DNA of 64,000 nt from Silicimonas sp. (GCA_022340315.1 JAJDOD010000073.1:8946-72945), one strand, 5' to 3'; positions 9,501 through 17,494 are shown, numbered from the stretch's first letter. Translations and numbers: made by a program. The notes: generated by a model from the letters alone, not told the origin.

Positions 9501-9971
9501 GCGCCGACGGCAGAGGCCGGGGAATGGTCGGAAGTGGCCGATCAGGAGGCGCTCGCAAAGGCGCTGGCAAGACACGAGGAAGCGCGGACGGGCGACCGGT
9601 TGCTGCCGGGACCGACGGGCGAGCTGAACCGGCTGTCCTTCCACTCGCGGCCACCGGTTCTTTGCCTTGGGCCGGGGGCGCAGGCAGCCGAAACGCAAGC
9701 CGCGGCGGTGCGCGCGCTTGGTGGGGCGGCGGTCGTGGCGGGGGGCTCGCTGCCGGACGGCGCTCTGGGCGATCTTGGCGGGTTCTCGGCGGTGCTTTGG
9801 TGGGGAAGTGCGGACATTGGACGTGGTATGGCCGAGGCGCTGGCGGGGCGCGACGGGGCGCTGCTGCCGCTTGTCACCGCGATGCCGGACAAGGCCTATG
9901 TGCTGCACGAACGGCATCTCTGCGTGGACACGACCGCGGCAGGCGGGAACGCGGCGTTGCTGGCGGGATAA
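6564..9971 (+). CDS. putA: bifunctional proline dehydrogenase / L-glutamate-gamma-semialdehyde dehydrogenase (PutA)
   Basis: 1135 aa. PRODH barrel region followed by an ALDH domain (FTGSTATAQ; catalytic Cys in GQRCSALR). GTG start at 6564. No N-terminal RHH DNA-binding domain, consistent with regulation by PutR. Confidence 0.9.
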   Translation: MDKVDFPSLGAEAKFADEQAVLAGLVSRAALTGDERQRIAKRAARLVERIRTEAKPSLMEHFLAEYGLSTREGVALMCLAEAMLRVPDTFTIDALIEDKIAPSEWNKHIGTATSSLVNASTWALMLTGKVLEDEKPGIVGTLRGAVKRMGEPLIRAAVKQAMKEMGRQFVLGETIEKALERGKTREAQGYTYSFDMLGEAARTRADAERYARDYAHAIKAIGRAAKHDAIVDNPGISIKLSALHPRYEVPQEARVMAELVPVVQRLARLARDVGIALHVDAEEQDRLALSFKVIDAVLADEHLAGWDGFGVVVQAYGKRAAPALDALYSMAEKYDRRINIRLVKGAYWDTEMKLAQVAGLPNFTLFTSKTATDVSYICLAKKLFGMTDRLFPQFATHNAHTVAAVLELAEGRPYEFQRLHGMGERLHDIVLKDTGGHCRIYAPVGAHRDLLAYLVRRLLENGANSSFVHQIVDESVTPEEIATDPFAALEAASAPSGLVKPAEVFQPERGNARGWDMFDKGTLAAIAEARRDPPATGGPVTVRAPSGEVRDVLNPATGAKVGEVMEADEATVARALEDAAIWDAPASERAAVLRRAADLYEENYGPLFGLLAAEAGKTLLDCIGEVREAVDFLRYYASRGEDDARGPRGMVTAISPWNFPLAIFSGQISAALMAGNAVLAKPAEQTPLIATFAVKLMHDAGVPASALQLLPGAGATVGAALTSDARVKGIVFTGSTATAQRISRTAAAKLDPGTPLIAETGGLNAMIVDSTALPEQAVRDIVASAFQSAGQRCSALRCLYVQEDSAGHVIEMIKGAMDELRLGDPAELSTDVGPVIDQAARDNIAGYIEAHRANVMHELAVPKSGHFIAPTMIRVSGIAELEREIFGPVLHVATFKADQVEKVVADINAKGFGLTFGLHTRIDSRVQEICDAIHVGNAYVNRNQIGAIVGSQPFGGEGLSGTGPKAGGPLYLDRFFAPEAPTAEAGEWSEVADQEALAKALARHEEARTGDRLLPGPTGELNRLSFHSRPPVLCLGPGAQAAETQAAAVRALGGAAVVAGGSLPDGALGDLGGFSAVLWWGSADIGRGMAEALAGRDGALLPLVTAMPDKAYVLHERHLCVDTTAAGGNAALLAG

Positions 9972-10130
9972 GGCCGCAGGCGGCTAGCGGCCTGGCAAGA
10001 TTGCGGGCAGAGCTTTGACGGCCCTGTCCGCGCCTTGCGGCTCCTGCTCCGGCGCTTTCGGGGCAGTGTCGACCTTCAGGATTGGCGGACGGTTGGAAAC
10101 TTTGCTGCCGTAACTGTCGAAGGAGAAGCA

Positions 10131-10301
10131 ATGAAACTGGAATTTGGCGCAGAATTGACCATACGTGAACAAACACAGCCTAATCATCTGAAAACAGGTA
10201 CAATACCGACAGCGCCTCCGGGAATCCTCCTGTCCGGCCCGTCGATTGCACTCAAAATTGGGCATGCCTTGAGGATGTTCCCGAAACCGGAGACGACATG
10301 A
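10131..10301 (+). CDS. hypothetical 56-aa ORF with atypical A-rich codon usage
   Basis: AGGAG Shine-Dalgarno 5 nt before ATG 10131. Product is MKLEFGAELTIREQTQPNHLKTGTIPTAPPGILLSGPSIALKIGHALRMFPKPETT. Its TGA overlaps the next ORF's ATG (ATGA). Third-position GC is only about 50% by my count, so coding status is uncertain. Confidence 0.25.
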   Translation: MKLEFGAELTIREQTQPNHLKTGTIPTAPPGILLSGPSIALKIGHALRMFPKPETT

Positions 10302-10444
10302 TGAAGACCCTTTTGATGGCTGTTCCCGTTGCCTCGATCGCTACGTTTGCCGTTGCAAAGCCGAGCGGAAATGGCCGACCCGGAACCGATGGCACCGACA
10401 ATCCGGGCGCGATTGTGGGTGGTGTCTGCTTCGGACCGAAGTGA
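10298..10444 (+). CDS. hypothetical 48-aa secreted peptide (signal-peptide-like N-terminus)
   Basis: Product is MMKTLLMAVPVASIATFAVA|KPSGNGRPGTDGTDNPGAIVGGVCFGPK. GGAG lies upstream and the ORF ends just before a hairpin terminator. Below the ORF-track size cutoff. Confidence 0.35.
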   Translation: MMKTLLMAVPVASIATFAVAKPSGNGRPGTDGTDNPGAIVGGVCFGPK

Positions 10445-10494
10445 TGAGGCTACAGCCCGTCTGAGCCACCTCCAACGACGTGTTGCCATGAATG

Positions 10495-10521
10495 CAAAAC
10501 GCCCGCTTGTAAAAGCGGACG
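10495..10521 (-). terminator. rho-independent terminator downstream of rpsI
   Basis: Minus-strand RNA folds as GCGUCCGCUU-UUAC-AAGCGGGCG (9 bp including one G-U) followed by UUUUG. It sits 34 nt after the rpsI stop. Confidence 0.6.
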
Positions 10522-10554
10522 CTTCTCTGTTTCGGGGGTCTTCGTGCGACGCCG

Positions 10555-11052
10555 TTAGCGCTTCGAGAACTGGAAGCTCTTCCGGGCCTTCGCGCGGCCG
10601 AATTTCTTGCGCTCGACAACGCGGCTGTCACGGGTGAGGAAGCCTGCTGCCTTCAGTGCCGCGCGAAGCGACGGGTCGTAAAGCTGCAGCGCCTTCGAGA
10701 TACCGTGCTTGACCGCACCGGCCTGGCCCGAGAGGCCGCCGCCCTTGACGGTTGCCTGAACATCGAACTGACCATCGACGCCGGCCACCTGAAAGGGCTG
10801 GCGCAGGATCATCTGCAGAACCGGGCGGGCGAAATAGACGTCCATTTCCTTGCCGTTCACGGTGACCTTGCCGGAGCCCGGCTTGATCCAGACGCGGGCG
10901 ACGGCGTCCTTGCGCTTGCCGGTCGCATAGGAGCGGCCCAAATCGTCGCGCTTCGGTTCGTAGCTGACCTGGGTTTCGGCGACGGGTTCGGAAACCCCGG
11001 CATCACCCACGACCTCCTTGAGGTCATCCAGCGTTTTCACTTCTTCTGCCAT
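10555..11052 (-). CDS. rpsI: 30S ribosomal protein S9
   Basis: [29 protein letters not shown] ... [19 protein letters not shown] ... [28 protein letters not shown]. Confidence 0.97.
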   Translation of the reverse strand: MAEEVKTLDDLKEVVGDAGVSEPVAETQVSYEPKRDDLGRSYATGKRKDAVARVWIKPGSGKVTVNGKEMDVYFARPVLQMILRQPFQVAGVDGQFDVQATVKGGGLSGQAGAVKHGISKALQLYDPSLRAALKAAGFLTRDSRVVERKKFGRAKARKSFQFSKR

Positions 11053-11057
11053 TTGGA

Positions 11058-11516
11058 TCAGCTCCGGGTGTTCTTCTTGTTCATGGACTTGACGTCCAGA
11101 ACGGTGGGATTCTGCGCTTCATGCGGGTGCTCGCCACCTGCATAGACGCGGAGGTTGGTCATCTGCTTGCGGCTGAGCTTGCCGCCCGGCAGCATCCGCT
11201 TGACGGCCTGGGTGACGACCCGCTCGGGGTACTTGCCTTCCAGGATCTCGCCGGTGGTGCGGGATTTGATGCCGCCCGGATATCCGGTGTGCCAGTAGTT
11301 GGGCTTGTCGCGCTTGTCGCCCGTCACCTGCACCTTCTCGGCGTTGATGACGATGACATTGTCGCCCATGTCCATATGCGGCGTGAAGGTCGCCTTGTGC
11401 TTGCCGCGCAGGCGCATGGCGACGATCGAGGCAAGGCGACCAAGCACGACGCCCTCGGCGTCGATGATGATCCACTGCTTGTCGATGTCCGCCGGTGTTG
11501 CGGTGAACGTCTTCAT
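11058..11516 (-). CDS. rplM: 50S ribosomal protein L13
   Basis: [62 protein letters not shown]... Immediately upstream of rpsI. Confidence 0.97.
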   Translation of the reverse strand: MKTFTATPADIDKQWIIIDAEGVVLGRLASIVAMRLRGKHKATFTPHMDMGDNVIVINAEKVQVTGDKRDKPNYWHTGYPGGIKSRTTGEILEGKYPERVVTQAVKRMLPGGKLSRKQMTNLRVYAGGEHPHEAQNPTVLDVKSMNKKNTRS

Positions 11517-11785
11517 TCTGTTTTACCCTTTGGGGATTGGTCTTGAGATGGCAGGGTTCTAAGCAATCTGGGCGCACAGTCAAGGCGCATCGGTTTAAAT
11601 TTACCTATTGTACTCAATGACTTATAATTTGGGTATTAAAATACCCCAATGCGGAAGAGGAATTTCGCGGCAACAGTATCCGAAAAAAATCACGAAATGG
11701 TCCGAACATCTGTCGGGAATCGGCTCATTGGCGCGATATAGTTGGCCTGTTCGAGTTCAAGTTTCCTAGTTTTCAGGTGAACCAG

Positions 11786-11950
11786 ATGATTGCGAGTATC
11801 TTTGTCCTCTTTGTTGCTGCCGGCATCACGATCGCCACATTCGTCTACGGCTTCGGCGGATTGTTCCCGCTTCTGGCCTCGTTGACGACTGTTGCCATCT
11901 TCTTTCATTGCGCGGCGATGGTCATGCGTCGGGACGAGCGCGGCAACTGA
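11786..11950 (+). CDS. hypothetical 54-aa hydrophobic membrane peptide
   Basis: AGGTGA lies 5 nt before the ATG. Product is MIASIFVLFVAAGITIATFVYGFGGLFPLLASLTTVAIFFHCAAMVMRRDERGN (two TM-like stretches). GC3 is host-like and a hairpin follows at 11972-11996. Confidence 0.4.
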   Translation: MIASIFVLFVAAGITIATFVYGFGGLFPLLASLTTVAIFFHCAAMVMRRDERGN

Positions 11951-11971
11951 CCACGGGCACATCCAGGAAGA

Positions 11972-11996
11972 AAAGGCGCTCCGCGAGGGCGCCTTT
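11972..11996 (+). terminator. terminator-like hairpin after the small membrane ORF
   Basis: AAAGGCGCUC-CGCGA-GAGGGCGCCUUU-type stem of about 10 bp including one G-U. A-tract and U-tract arms give it bidirectional potential. Confidence 0.45.
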
Positions 11997-12066
11997 ACCT
12001 CTTCGAGATGGACAAATCGGAAGACACGGCGCGATAATCGGCAGGACCCCATGAGAGGCGCAGCCG

Positions 12067-12450
12067 ATGTCCAGCAACCCTGCCCTGATTGAGACCGTCG
12101 ATATTGACAGGGCCCAGGGACGGCACCTGATCGTGGAATTGAATGGCGGCAAGGGTCTGGACGATCCGTCACTGATCGAAAGAGCCTTGCGCAGAGCGGT
12201 TCGGGCGAGCGGTGCCGAGCTACTGCATCTGCATCTGCATCGGTTCTCGCCCCAGGGGGTGACCGGCGTCGCTCTGCTGGCCGAAAGCCACATCACGGTC
12301 CACACCTGGCCCGAGCACGGTTACGGGGCGTTCGATGTCTTCATGTGCGGTCGCGCCGAGCCGGAGGAGGTGGTGCCGGTGCTGGCAGAGGCGTTTGAAA
12401 CGGACGACGTACAGGTTCGCGTTCTGGAGCGCGGCCCCCGCCGGCTGTGA
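12067..12450 (+). CDS. speH: S-adenosylmethionine decarboxylase-family proenzyme (small class 1, pyruvoyl-dependent)
   Basis: 127 aa with the self-processing/active-site block GVALLAESHITVHTWPEHGYGAFDVFMCG. Substrate specificity cannot be read from the sequence. Confidence 0.8.
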   Translation: MSSNPALIETVDIDRAQGRHLIVELNGGKGLDDPSLIERALRRAVRASGAELLHLHLHRFSPQGVTGVALLAESHITVHTWPEHGYGAFDVFMCGRAEPEEVVPVLAEAFETDDVQVRVLERGPRRL

Positions 12451-13040
12451 GCCGCCCGCTTCAGAACCGGGTTCTTGCGACCGGCGAGATCGTGGCGCAT
12501 CCGGCGCGTGGGCGATTCATGGGCAACCGGGGCATCCTGCACGACGAGCGGCGGCAGATCGGAGCGGCTCTCTGGCGGCACAGGGCGTGGATCATCTGTG
12601 TGCTTCAATGGAAGGACTGGCACCGCGACGTGATGACGCCGGGCGCATACACCGAGCTTTTCTTCCTTGACGAAGCGGTGGCGCTGGCAGCGGGGCACCG
12701 GCCTTGTGCGCTTTGCCGGCGGGAGCGGTACAATGCCTATCGCGAGGCGGCGAGGATCACCGGGGCGGCAGCTGAGATGGATGCGGTGTTGCACGATGAG
12801 CGGGCGGTACCGCGGCGCTTTTTTCAGCGGCGGGACCGGGCGGAGGCCGGGGACCTGCCGGACGGGACGATCGTTTTCGACGGCGTTCCCTGGTTGATCT
12901 GGGGGGATACCATGCGCGAGGTGCGGCCGGAGGGATATGGCCCGTCACTGCCCCGCGTCGCAGGCGAGGTTACGGTGCTGACTCCGCCGACGACGCGGCG
13001 GGCGTTGTCGGGGGGATATGTTCCGGAGGTGGGCGTTTAG
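12447..13040 (+). CDS. conserved hypothetical protein, no domain I can name
   Basis: GTG 12447 overlaps the speH TGA (GTGA). 197 aa with blocks NRGILHD, WIICVLQW and YTELFFLDEAVALAAGHRPCALCRR. Codon usage is host-like. Confidence 0.6.
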   Translation: MSRPLQNRVLATGEIVAHPARGRFMGNRGILHDERRQIGAALWRHRAWIICVLQWKDWHRDVMTPGAYTELFFLDEAVALAAGHRPCALCRRERYNAYREAARITGAAAEMDAVLHDERAVPRRFFQRRDRAEAGDLPDGTIVFDGVPWLIWGDTMREVRPEGYGPSLPRVAGEVTVLTPPTTRRALSGGYVPEVGV

Positions 13041-13075
13041 GCATCAGCGCCGATCACATGCCGCGTGCGGGTTCT

Positions 13076-14887
13076 TCAGGACGCTTCTGCTTTCTCGGCC
13101 AGCATCAGCCACTCTTCCTCGGCGGCGGCGAGTTTGGTCTGGCGTTCGGTCAGCGCTTCGGACGCCTTGGCGAACTTGACCGGCTCGCGGGTGAAGAGCT
13201 GGGTATCGGAAAGAAGTTCGCCCAGCTTGACGATCTCGGCCTCCAGCCTGGCGATCTCGGCGGGGAGCGCGTCGAGCCGGTGTTTTTCGGTGAAGGTCAG
13301 GCCGGAAGGCTTCTTCTGCGCATCCGCAGGCGGGGCTTGCTCGGGTTTTCGTGTCTGAGCGGCGGCGGGCGCCTCTGCCAGCTTGCGCTTCGGCGCGTAG
13401 TCGGACCAGCCGCCTGCGTGGACCGTAATGCGCCCCGCCCCTTCAAGTGCCACCGTCGTCGTGGCCACGCGGTCGATGAAGTCGCGGTCATGGCTGACGA
13501 TCAGCACGGTGCCGTCGTAGTCGGAAACGATTTCCTGGAGGAGATCAAGGGTTTCGATATCGAGATCGTTGGTCGGTTCGTCGAGGACGAGGAGGTTCGA
13601 CGGCTTCGCCATGATCCGCGCGAGCAGAAGCCGCGCCTTCTCGCCGCCCGAAAGCGCGGCAACGGGCGCACGGGCCTGGGTTTCGTCGAAAAGGAAGTCC
13701 TTGAGGTAGCCGACGACATGGCGCGGCGTGCCGCGCACCATGACCTGATCGCTGCGACCGGCGACGCGCGAGGACTTGTCCTGCGTCAGGCTTTCCCAGA
13801 GCGTGGCCTGCGCGTCGAGTTGAGCGCGGCGCTGGTCGAAGACGGCAAGCTCGATGTTGCTGCCGAGCGTGACGGTGCCGCTGTCGGGATCGCGCTGGCC
13901 GAACAGAAGCTCGATCAGTGTCGTCTTGCCGACACCGTTCGGGCCGACGAACGCGACGCGATCACCGCGCATCACCCGCAAATCGAAGTTCCGGCAGATG
14001 TTCTTGTCGCCATAAGCCTTTGAGATACCTTTGGCTTCGATCATGCGGCGTCCGCTTTTCGGGCCTTCGCCGAAGGCCATCGCGGCGGTCCCCTCGCGCA
14101 TGATCTGCGCGGCACGCTCGACCCGGAGTGCCTGTAGCGCGCGAACCCGTCCCTGGTTGCGCTTGCGCCGTGCGCTGATGCCTTCGACCGCCCAGCGCGC
14201 CTCGGCCTTGATCTTGCGGTTGAGCTTGTGGCGGGCCTCGTCCTCGTCATCCCAGGTCTTGTCGCGCCAAGCCTCGAACCCGTCGAAGGACCCGTCGCGG
14301 CGGCGTACCTCGCCCCGGTCGATCCAGAGCGTGGCACGGGTGAGCGCGCGCAGGAAGGCGCGGTCGTGACTGATGGTTACGAAGGCCTGCCGGGTTTCGG
14401 AGAGGCGGGTTTCGAGCCAGGCGATCGCCTCGATATCGAGATGGTTCGTCGGCTCGTCGAGAAGCATCAGGTCGGGTGCCTCGGCCAGGAGCTTGGCGAG
14501 TGCCGCCCGGCGGCGTTCTCCGCCCGAGGCCTTGGCGGTCTCGGTGGCGAGGTCAAGTTTGAGCCCCTCGGCGGCGGCTTCGACGCGCCAGAGGTCTGCG
14601 GGGCCGAGATCGCGAAGCGCGAAGTCGCCGAGCGCGGCATGACCGGCCATGTCGGGTTCCTGCTCCATGTAGCCGACCGACGTGCCGGAGGGCACGGTGC
14701 GAGCGCCCGCGTCGGGCTCCACAAGACCCGCCATCACTTTGAGAAGAGTTGATTTTCCGGAACCGTTGCGGCCGACAAGCGCCAGCCGGTCGCCTTGCTG
14801 GATGACCAGAGAGAGGTCGCGGAACAGCGGGTCGCCGCCAAAGCCGAGGGCGATGTCCGTCAGTTGCAGGAGAGGTGGTTGCGCCAT
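13076..14887 (-). CDS. uup: ABC-F family ATPase, Uup-like (C-terminal coiled coil)
   Basis: Two Walker A motifs (GRNGSGKST, GPNGVGKTT), two signatures (ASGGERRR, LSGGEKAR), and a C-terminal coiled-coil tail (LPAEIARLEAEIVKLGELL...). Confidence 0.8.
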   Translation of the reverse strand: MAQPPLLQLTDIALGFGGDPLFRDLSLVIQQGDRLALVGRNGSGKSTLLKVMAGLVEPDAGARTVPSGTSVGYMEQEPDMAGHAALGDFALRDLGPADLWRVEAAAEGLKLDLATETAKASGGERRRAALAKLLAEAPDLMLLDEPTNHLDIEAIAWLETRLSETRQAFVTISHDRAFLRALTRATLWIDRGEVRRRDGSFDGFEAWRDKTWDDEDEARHKLNRKIKAEARWAVEGISARRKRNQGRVRALQALRVERAAQIMREGTAAMAFGEGPKSGRRMIEAKGISKAYGDKNICRNFDLRVMRGDRVAFVGPNGVGKTTLIELLFGQRDPDSGTVTLGSNIELAVFDQRRAQLDAQATLWESLTQDKSSRVAGRSDQVMVRGTPRHVVGYLKDFLFDETQARAPVAALSGGEKARLLLARIMAKPSNLLVLDEPTNDLDIETLDLLQEIVSDYDGTVLIVSHDRDFIDRVATTTVALEGAGRITVHAGGWSDYAPKRKLAEAPAAAQTRKPEQAPPADAQKKPSGLTFTEKHRLDALPAEIARLEAEIVKLGELLSDTQLFTREPVKFAKASEALTERQTKLAAAEEEWLMLAEKAEAS

Positions 14888-14950
14888 GTGCGCGGGCTAC
14901 GGTGCGGCTGGATTGGCGTCAAGGGGTGCGGATGGCTGGCACCCGGCCGG

Positions 14951-15694
14951 TCAGCCCGCCACGGCGCGAAGCGCGCGGGCACGGGCGGGAGGGATGGCGC
15001 GGATTTCCAGTCCGGTGAAGACGTGAAGCGTGTTCAGGTCGGTATCGACAACCGCATGATCGCTGACCCATCCGCCCATCGTCAGATAGCTGCGCAGCAG
15101 CGGCGGCATGGTCTTGAGCGCGCGTTTGCGGTCGGGCGAGCGGCGGAACCTCTGGGCGAAACGGAAGACGTTGGGCGCCTTGATGCGCGGCAGCCAGCGA
15201 CGGGGCGCGAGATGACGCTCGCTGAGCACGGCGAAGGCGTCGGCATAGGCCTCGGCATCGGTGCCGTGGAACGAGGAGCAGCCGAAAAGCAGTTCGACCT
15301 TTTCGTCATCGACAACGCGGGTCACCGCACCCCAGGCGGTGCGAAGGATGTCGGGATCGCGCAAGCCGGGGGCCACGCAGAAACGGCCCATCTCGACCAT
15401 CGGGCGGTCGTAGTCGAGGAGCGCGTCAAGTTCGTAGTACTGCGCGCTGTAGGAGCGCTGGATATCCGCGCCCGAGCGAAGCGGTAGCAACCGGAACGTC
15501 GCCACCAGCCGTCCGGTCCTCCGATCCTCGATAAGGACGTGCCGGCAGATCGCGTCGAAGGCGTCCGCGTCCCGTCCATCCGCGCGGGGGACGGCACCGG
15601 TAGATCCGATGAATGCCGCGTGGCGCAGGCGCTGCGCCGCGTCGAGATCGGCGTCCGTCTCGGCAATTCGCGCCTGAAATCCGCGTGATGTCAT
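14951..15694 (-). CDS. GNAT-fold N-acyltransferase of the OlsB / hemolysin-like (Acetyltransf_5) family
   Basis: ARIAETDADLDAAQRLRHAAF ... DAFDAICRHVLIED ... VEMGRFCVAPG ... PPLLRSYLTMGGWV resemble lyso-ornithine-lipid synthase OlsB-type proteins. Trimmed to MTSRGFQ. Confidence 0.65.
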   Translation of the reverse strand: MTSRGFQARIAETDADLDAAQRLRHAAFIGSTGAVPRADGRDADAFDAICRHVLIEDRRTGRLVATFRLLPLRSGADIQRSYSAQYYELDALLDYDRPMVEMGRFCVAPGLRDPDILRTAWGAVTRVVDDEKVELLFGCSSFHGTDAEAYADAFAVLSERHLAPRRWLPRIKAPNVFRFAQRFRRSPDRKRALKTMPPLLRSYLTMGGWVSDHAVVDTDLNTLHVFTGLEIRAIPPARARALRAVAG

Positions 15695-15789
15695 GCCGTC
15701 CTCCCTTGGTGCGAGGCATACCGCGTCTATATGGTAGTCGGAATTCTGCCACAGAAGATGTGACGCAGGCACGACAGAAAGGAACGGCC

Positions 15790-16188
15790 GTGGAAAAAGT
15801 GATCAAGTCGGATGCCGAATGGCGCGAGCAACTGGACGATCTGGCATTCAAGGTCCTTAGAAAACATGGGACCGAGCGCGCCGGGACACATGATCATTTT
15901 CCGAAAGAGCCCGGTGTCTTTACCTGCAAGGGCTGCGGCGCACCGCTTTTCGATCAGGCGCACAAGTTCGAGAGCGGAACCGGTTGGCCATCTTTCTATC
16001 AGCCCATGGATGAAGATACGATCGGCGAGAGCGAGGACCGGAGTTTCTTCATGCGACGCACGGAAGTGCATTGCGCGCGCTGCGACGGGCACCTTGGGCA
16101 TGTCTTCCCCGATGGTCCGCAACCGACGGGCCTGCGGTATTGCATCAATGGCGTGGCGCTGGACTTCCAGCCCGAGGGCGGGGACTGA
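15790..16188 (+). CDS. msrB: peptide-methionine (R)-S-oxide reductase
   Basis: CxxC pairs (CKGCGAPLF; CARCDGHLGHVF), GTGWPSF and RYCINGVAL motifs. GTG start at 15790 preceded by AAAGGA. The longer ORF-track start would overlap the divergent olsB-like gene. Confidence 0.88.
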   Translation: MEKVIKSDAEWREQLDDLAFKVLRKHGTERAGTHDHFPKEPGVFTCKGCGAPLFDQAHKFESGTGWPSFYQPMDEDTIGESEDRSFFMRRTEVHCARCDGHLGHVFPDGPQPTGLRYCINGVALDFQPEGGD

Positions 16189-16211
16189 TCCCCTGCCCCC
16201 GTGGCAAGCGA

Positions 16212-16676
16212 TCAACCCTCTTCCAGGAACTCGCCTGCGCTGAACGTGCCGAGGTTTGAGAAAAGCTGCCGAAGGAAACCGATGCCGCGCGTGTTTGAGG
16301 TTGTGACACGCCGCGACAGCGCGACGACGCGGCCCCGTTCAAGGCCGAAGCGTTCGACGTTCTGCACGACGCCGCGTTCATTGAAGCTCACGGCGACCAC
16401 CTGTCGGTCAACTTCGACCGGCTCGCGCCAGAGGAATGTCTCGTAGTCGGATTGGACGTAGTACCAGCCAAGCTCATCTACGATCCCCTCGGTGCCCGGC
16501 GGTCCGAGGATGCGGCCCACGGTGTCCTTGGTGTCGATGCCCACCTTGACCTCATTGAGGAGCGCATCGTCGGGGATGTAGCCGTAGCCATCCTTCAGCT
16601 TGGCGGCGCCGCAACCCGAGAACAGGGTCAGCGCGGCAATGAGTGCGAGCGGTCTTGCCAGTTGCTTCCCGATCAT
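16212..16676 (-). CDS. bamE: outer membrane protein assembly factor BamE (SmpA/OmlA lipoprotein)
   Basis: Lipobox LTLFSGC after a signal peptide, followed by an SmpA_OmlA-like core (TKDTVGRILGPPG ... WYYV ...). Confidence 0.8.
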   Translation of the reverse strand: MIGKQLARPLALIAALTLFSGCGAAKLKDGYGYIPDDALLNEVKVGIDTKDTVGRILGPPGTEGIVDELGWYYVQSDYETFLWREPVEVDRQVVAVSFNERGVVQNVERFGLERGRVVALSRRVTTSNTRGIGFLRQLFSNLGTFSAGEFLEEG

Positions 16677-16747
16677 TCCCTGTCCCTTGCGTCTGTGCCG
16701 TTTCCCCGGCATAGCCAGAGACCGACGCCTGTTCAAGGATTTGCGCG

Positions 16748-17287
16748 ATGGCCGATGTCACTCTCTTGCCCACGGATCGGATTCTTGCCGCCACGTCATT
16801 CGCGCTTACACCTGGCGCCGACGAGCGTGCCGCGGTCGCCGACAGGCTGGGAATACATGGCGTCCGAAAGCTGACCTTTCGCGGCGAGGTCGTGCCGGCA
16901 GGGGCGCGTGATCTGAAACTGGAGGGCGTTCTCGGGGCAACCGTGGTGCAGTCCTGCGTTGTGACCGGCGATCCGGTGACGACGCGGATCGACGAACCGG
17001 TGACGCGCCTCTTTTCGCCGGACTACCAAGAACCGGAAGGCGACGAGGTCGAGATGCCGGACGACGATGCGCTGGAACCGCTGACCGCCGAGATCGAGCT
17101 TGCCCGCATCATGGAAGAAGCGCTGGCCCTGGCGCTGCCGCCCTGGCCGCGCTCGGCGGGCGCCGAACCGGTGGACATCACCGTGACGGAGCCGGGAAGC
17201 ACGCCGGTGACGGACGAGGATACCAAGCCGTTTGCGGGGCTGAAGAACCTTCGCGACAAGCTCTCCGGCGACACCTCGGAGGAGTGA
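16748..17287 (+). CDS. yceD: YceD/DUF177 family protein
   Basis: 179 aa, acidic, with conserved position directly upstream of rpmF-plsX-fabH. C-terminal block EEALALALPPWPR. Confidence 0.75.
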   Translation: MADVTLLPTDRILAATSFALTPGADERAAVADRLGIHGVRKLTFRGEVVPAGARDLKLEGVLGATVVQSCVVTGDPVTTRIDEPVTRLFSPDYQEPEGDEVEMPDDDALEPLTAEIELARIMEEALALALPPWPRSAGAEPVDITVTEPGSTPVTDEDTKPFAGLKNLRDKLSGDTSEE

Positions 17288-17494
17288 CGCCGGGCGGGCA
17301 AGGCGGCGATCCTCCCTGCCCTGTCGCGTCATGCTTCAGGCATCCGCCACGGTGGACAAACGGAGCCAATTCCGCACTTGCGTTTCAAGGGAATCGCAGT
17401 ATGTTCCGCCCCTCACTTGAACAATGAGTTGGACAGGTGCGCTTCCAGCGCGTAAGACCCCTCTGACCAACGCTTCGGAACCGAGGATTAGGAC

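Noticed and set aside
9971-9993. Hairpin AGGCCGC-N9-GCGGCCT right after the putA stop, considered as a terminator
   Set aside because: The stem is only 7 bp, the loop is large and there is no U-tract. It is too weak to call.
11690-12172. 160-aa minus-strand ORF across the rplM-speH intergenic region
   Set aside because: It overlaps the speH start, the hairpin at 11972-11996 and the better-supported plus-strand mini-ORF. Its translation has no features and there is no SD.
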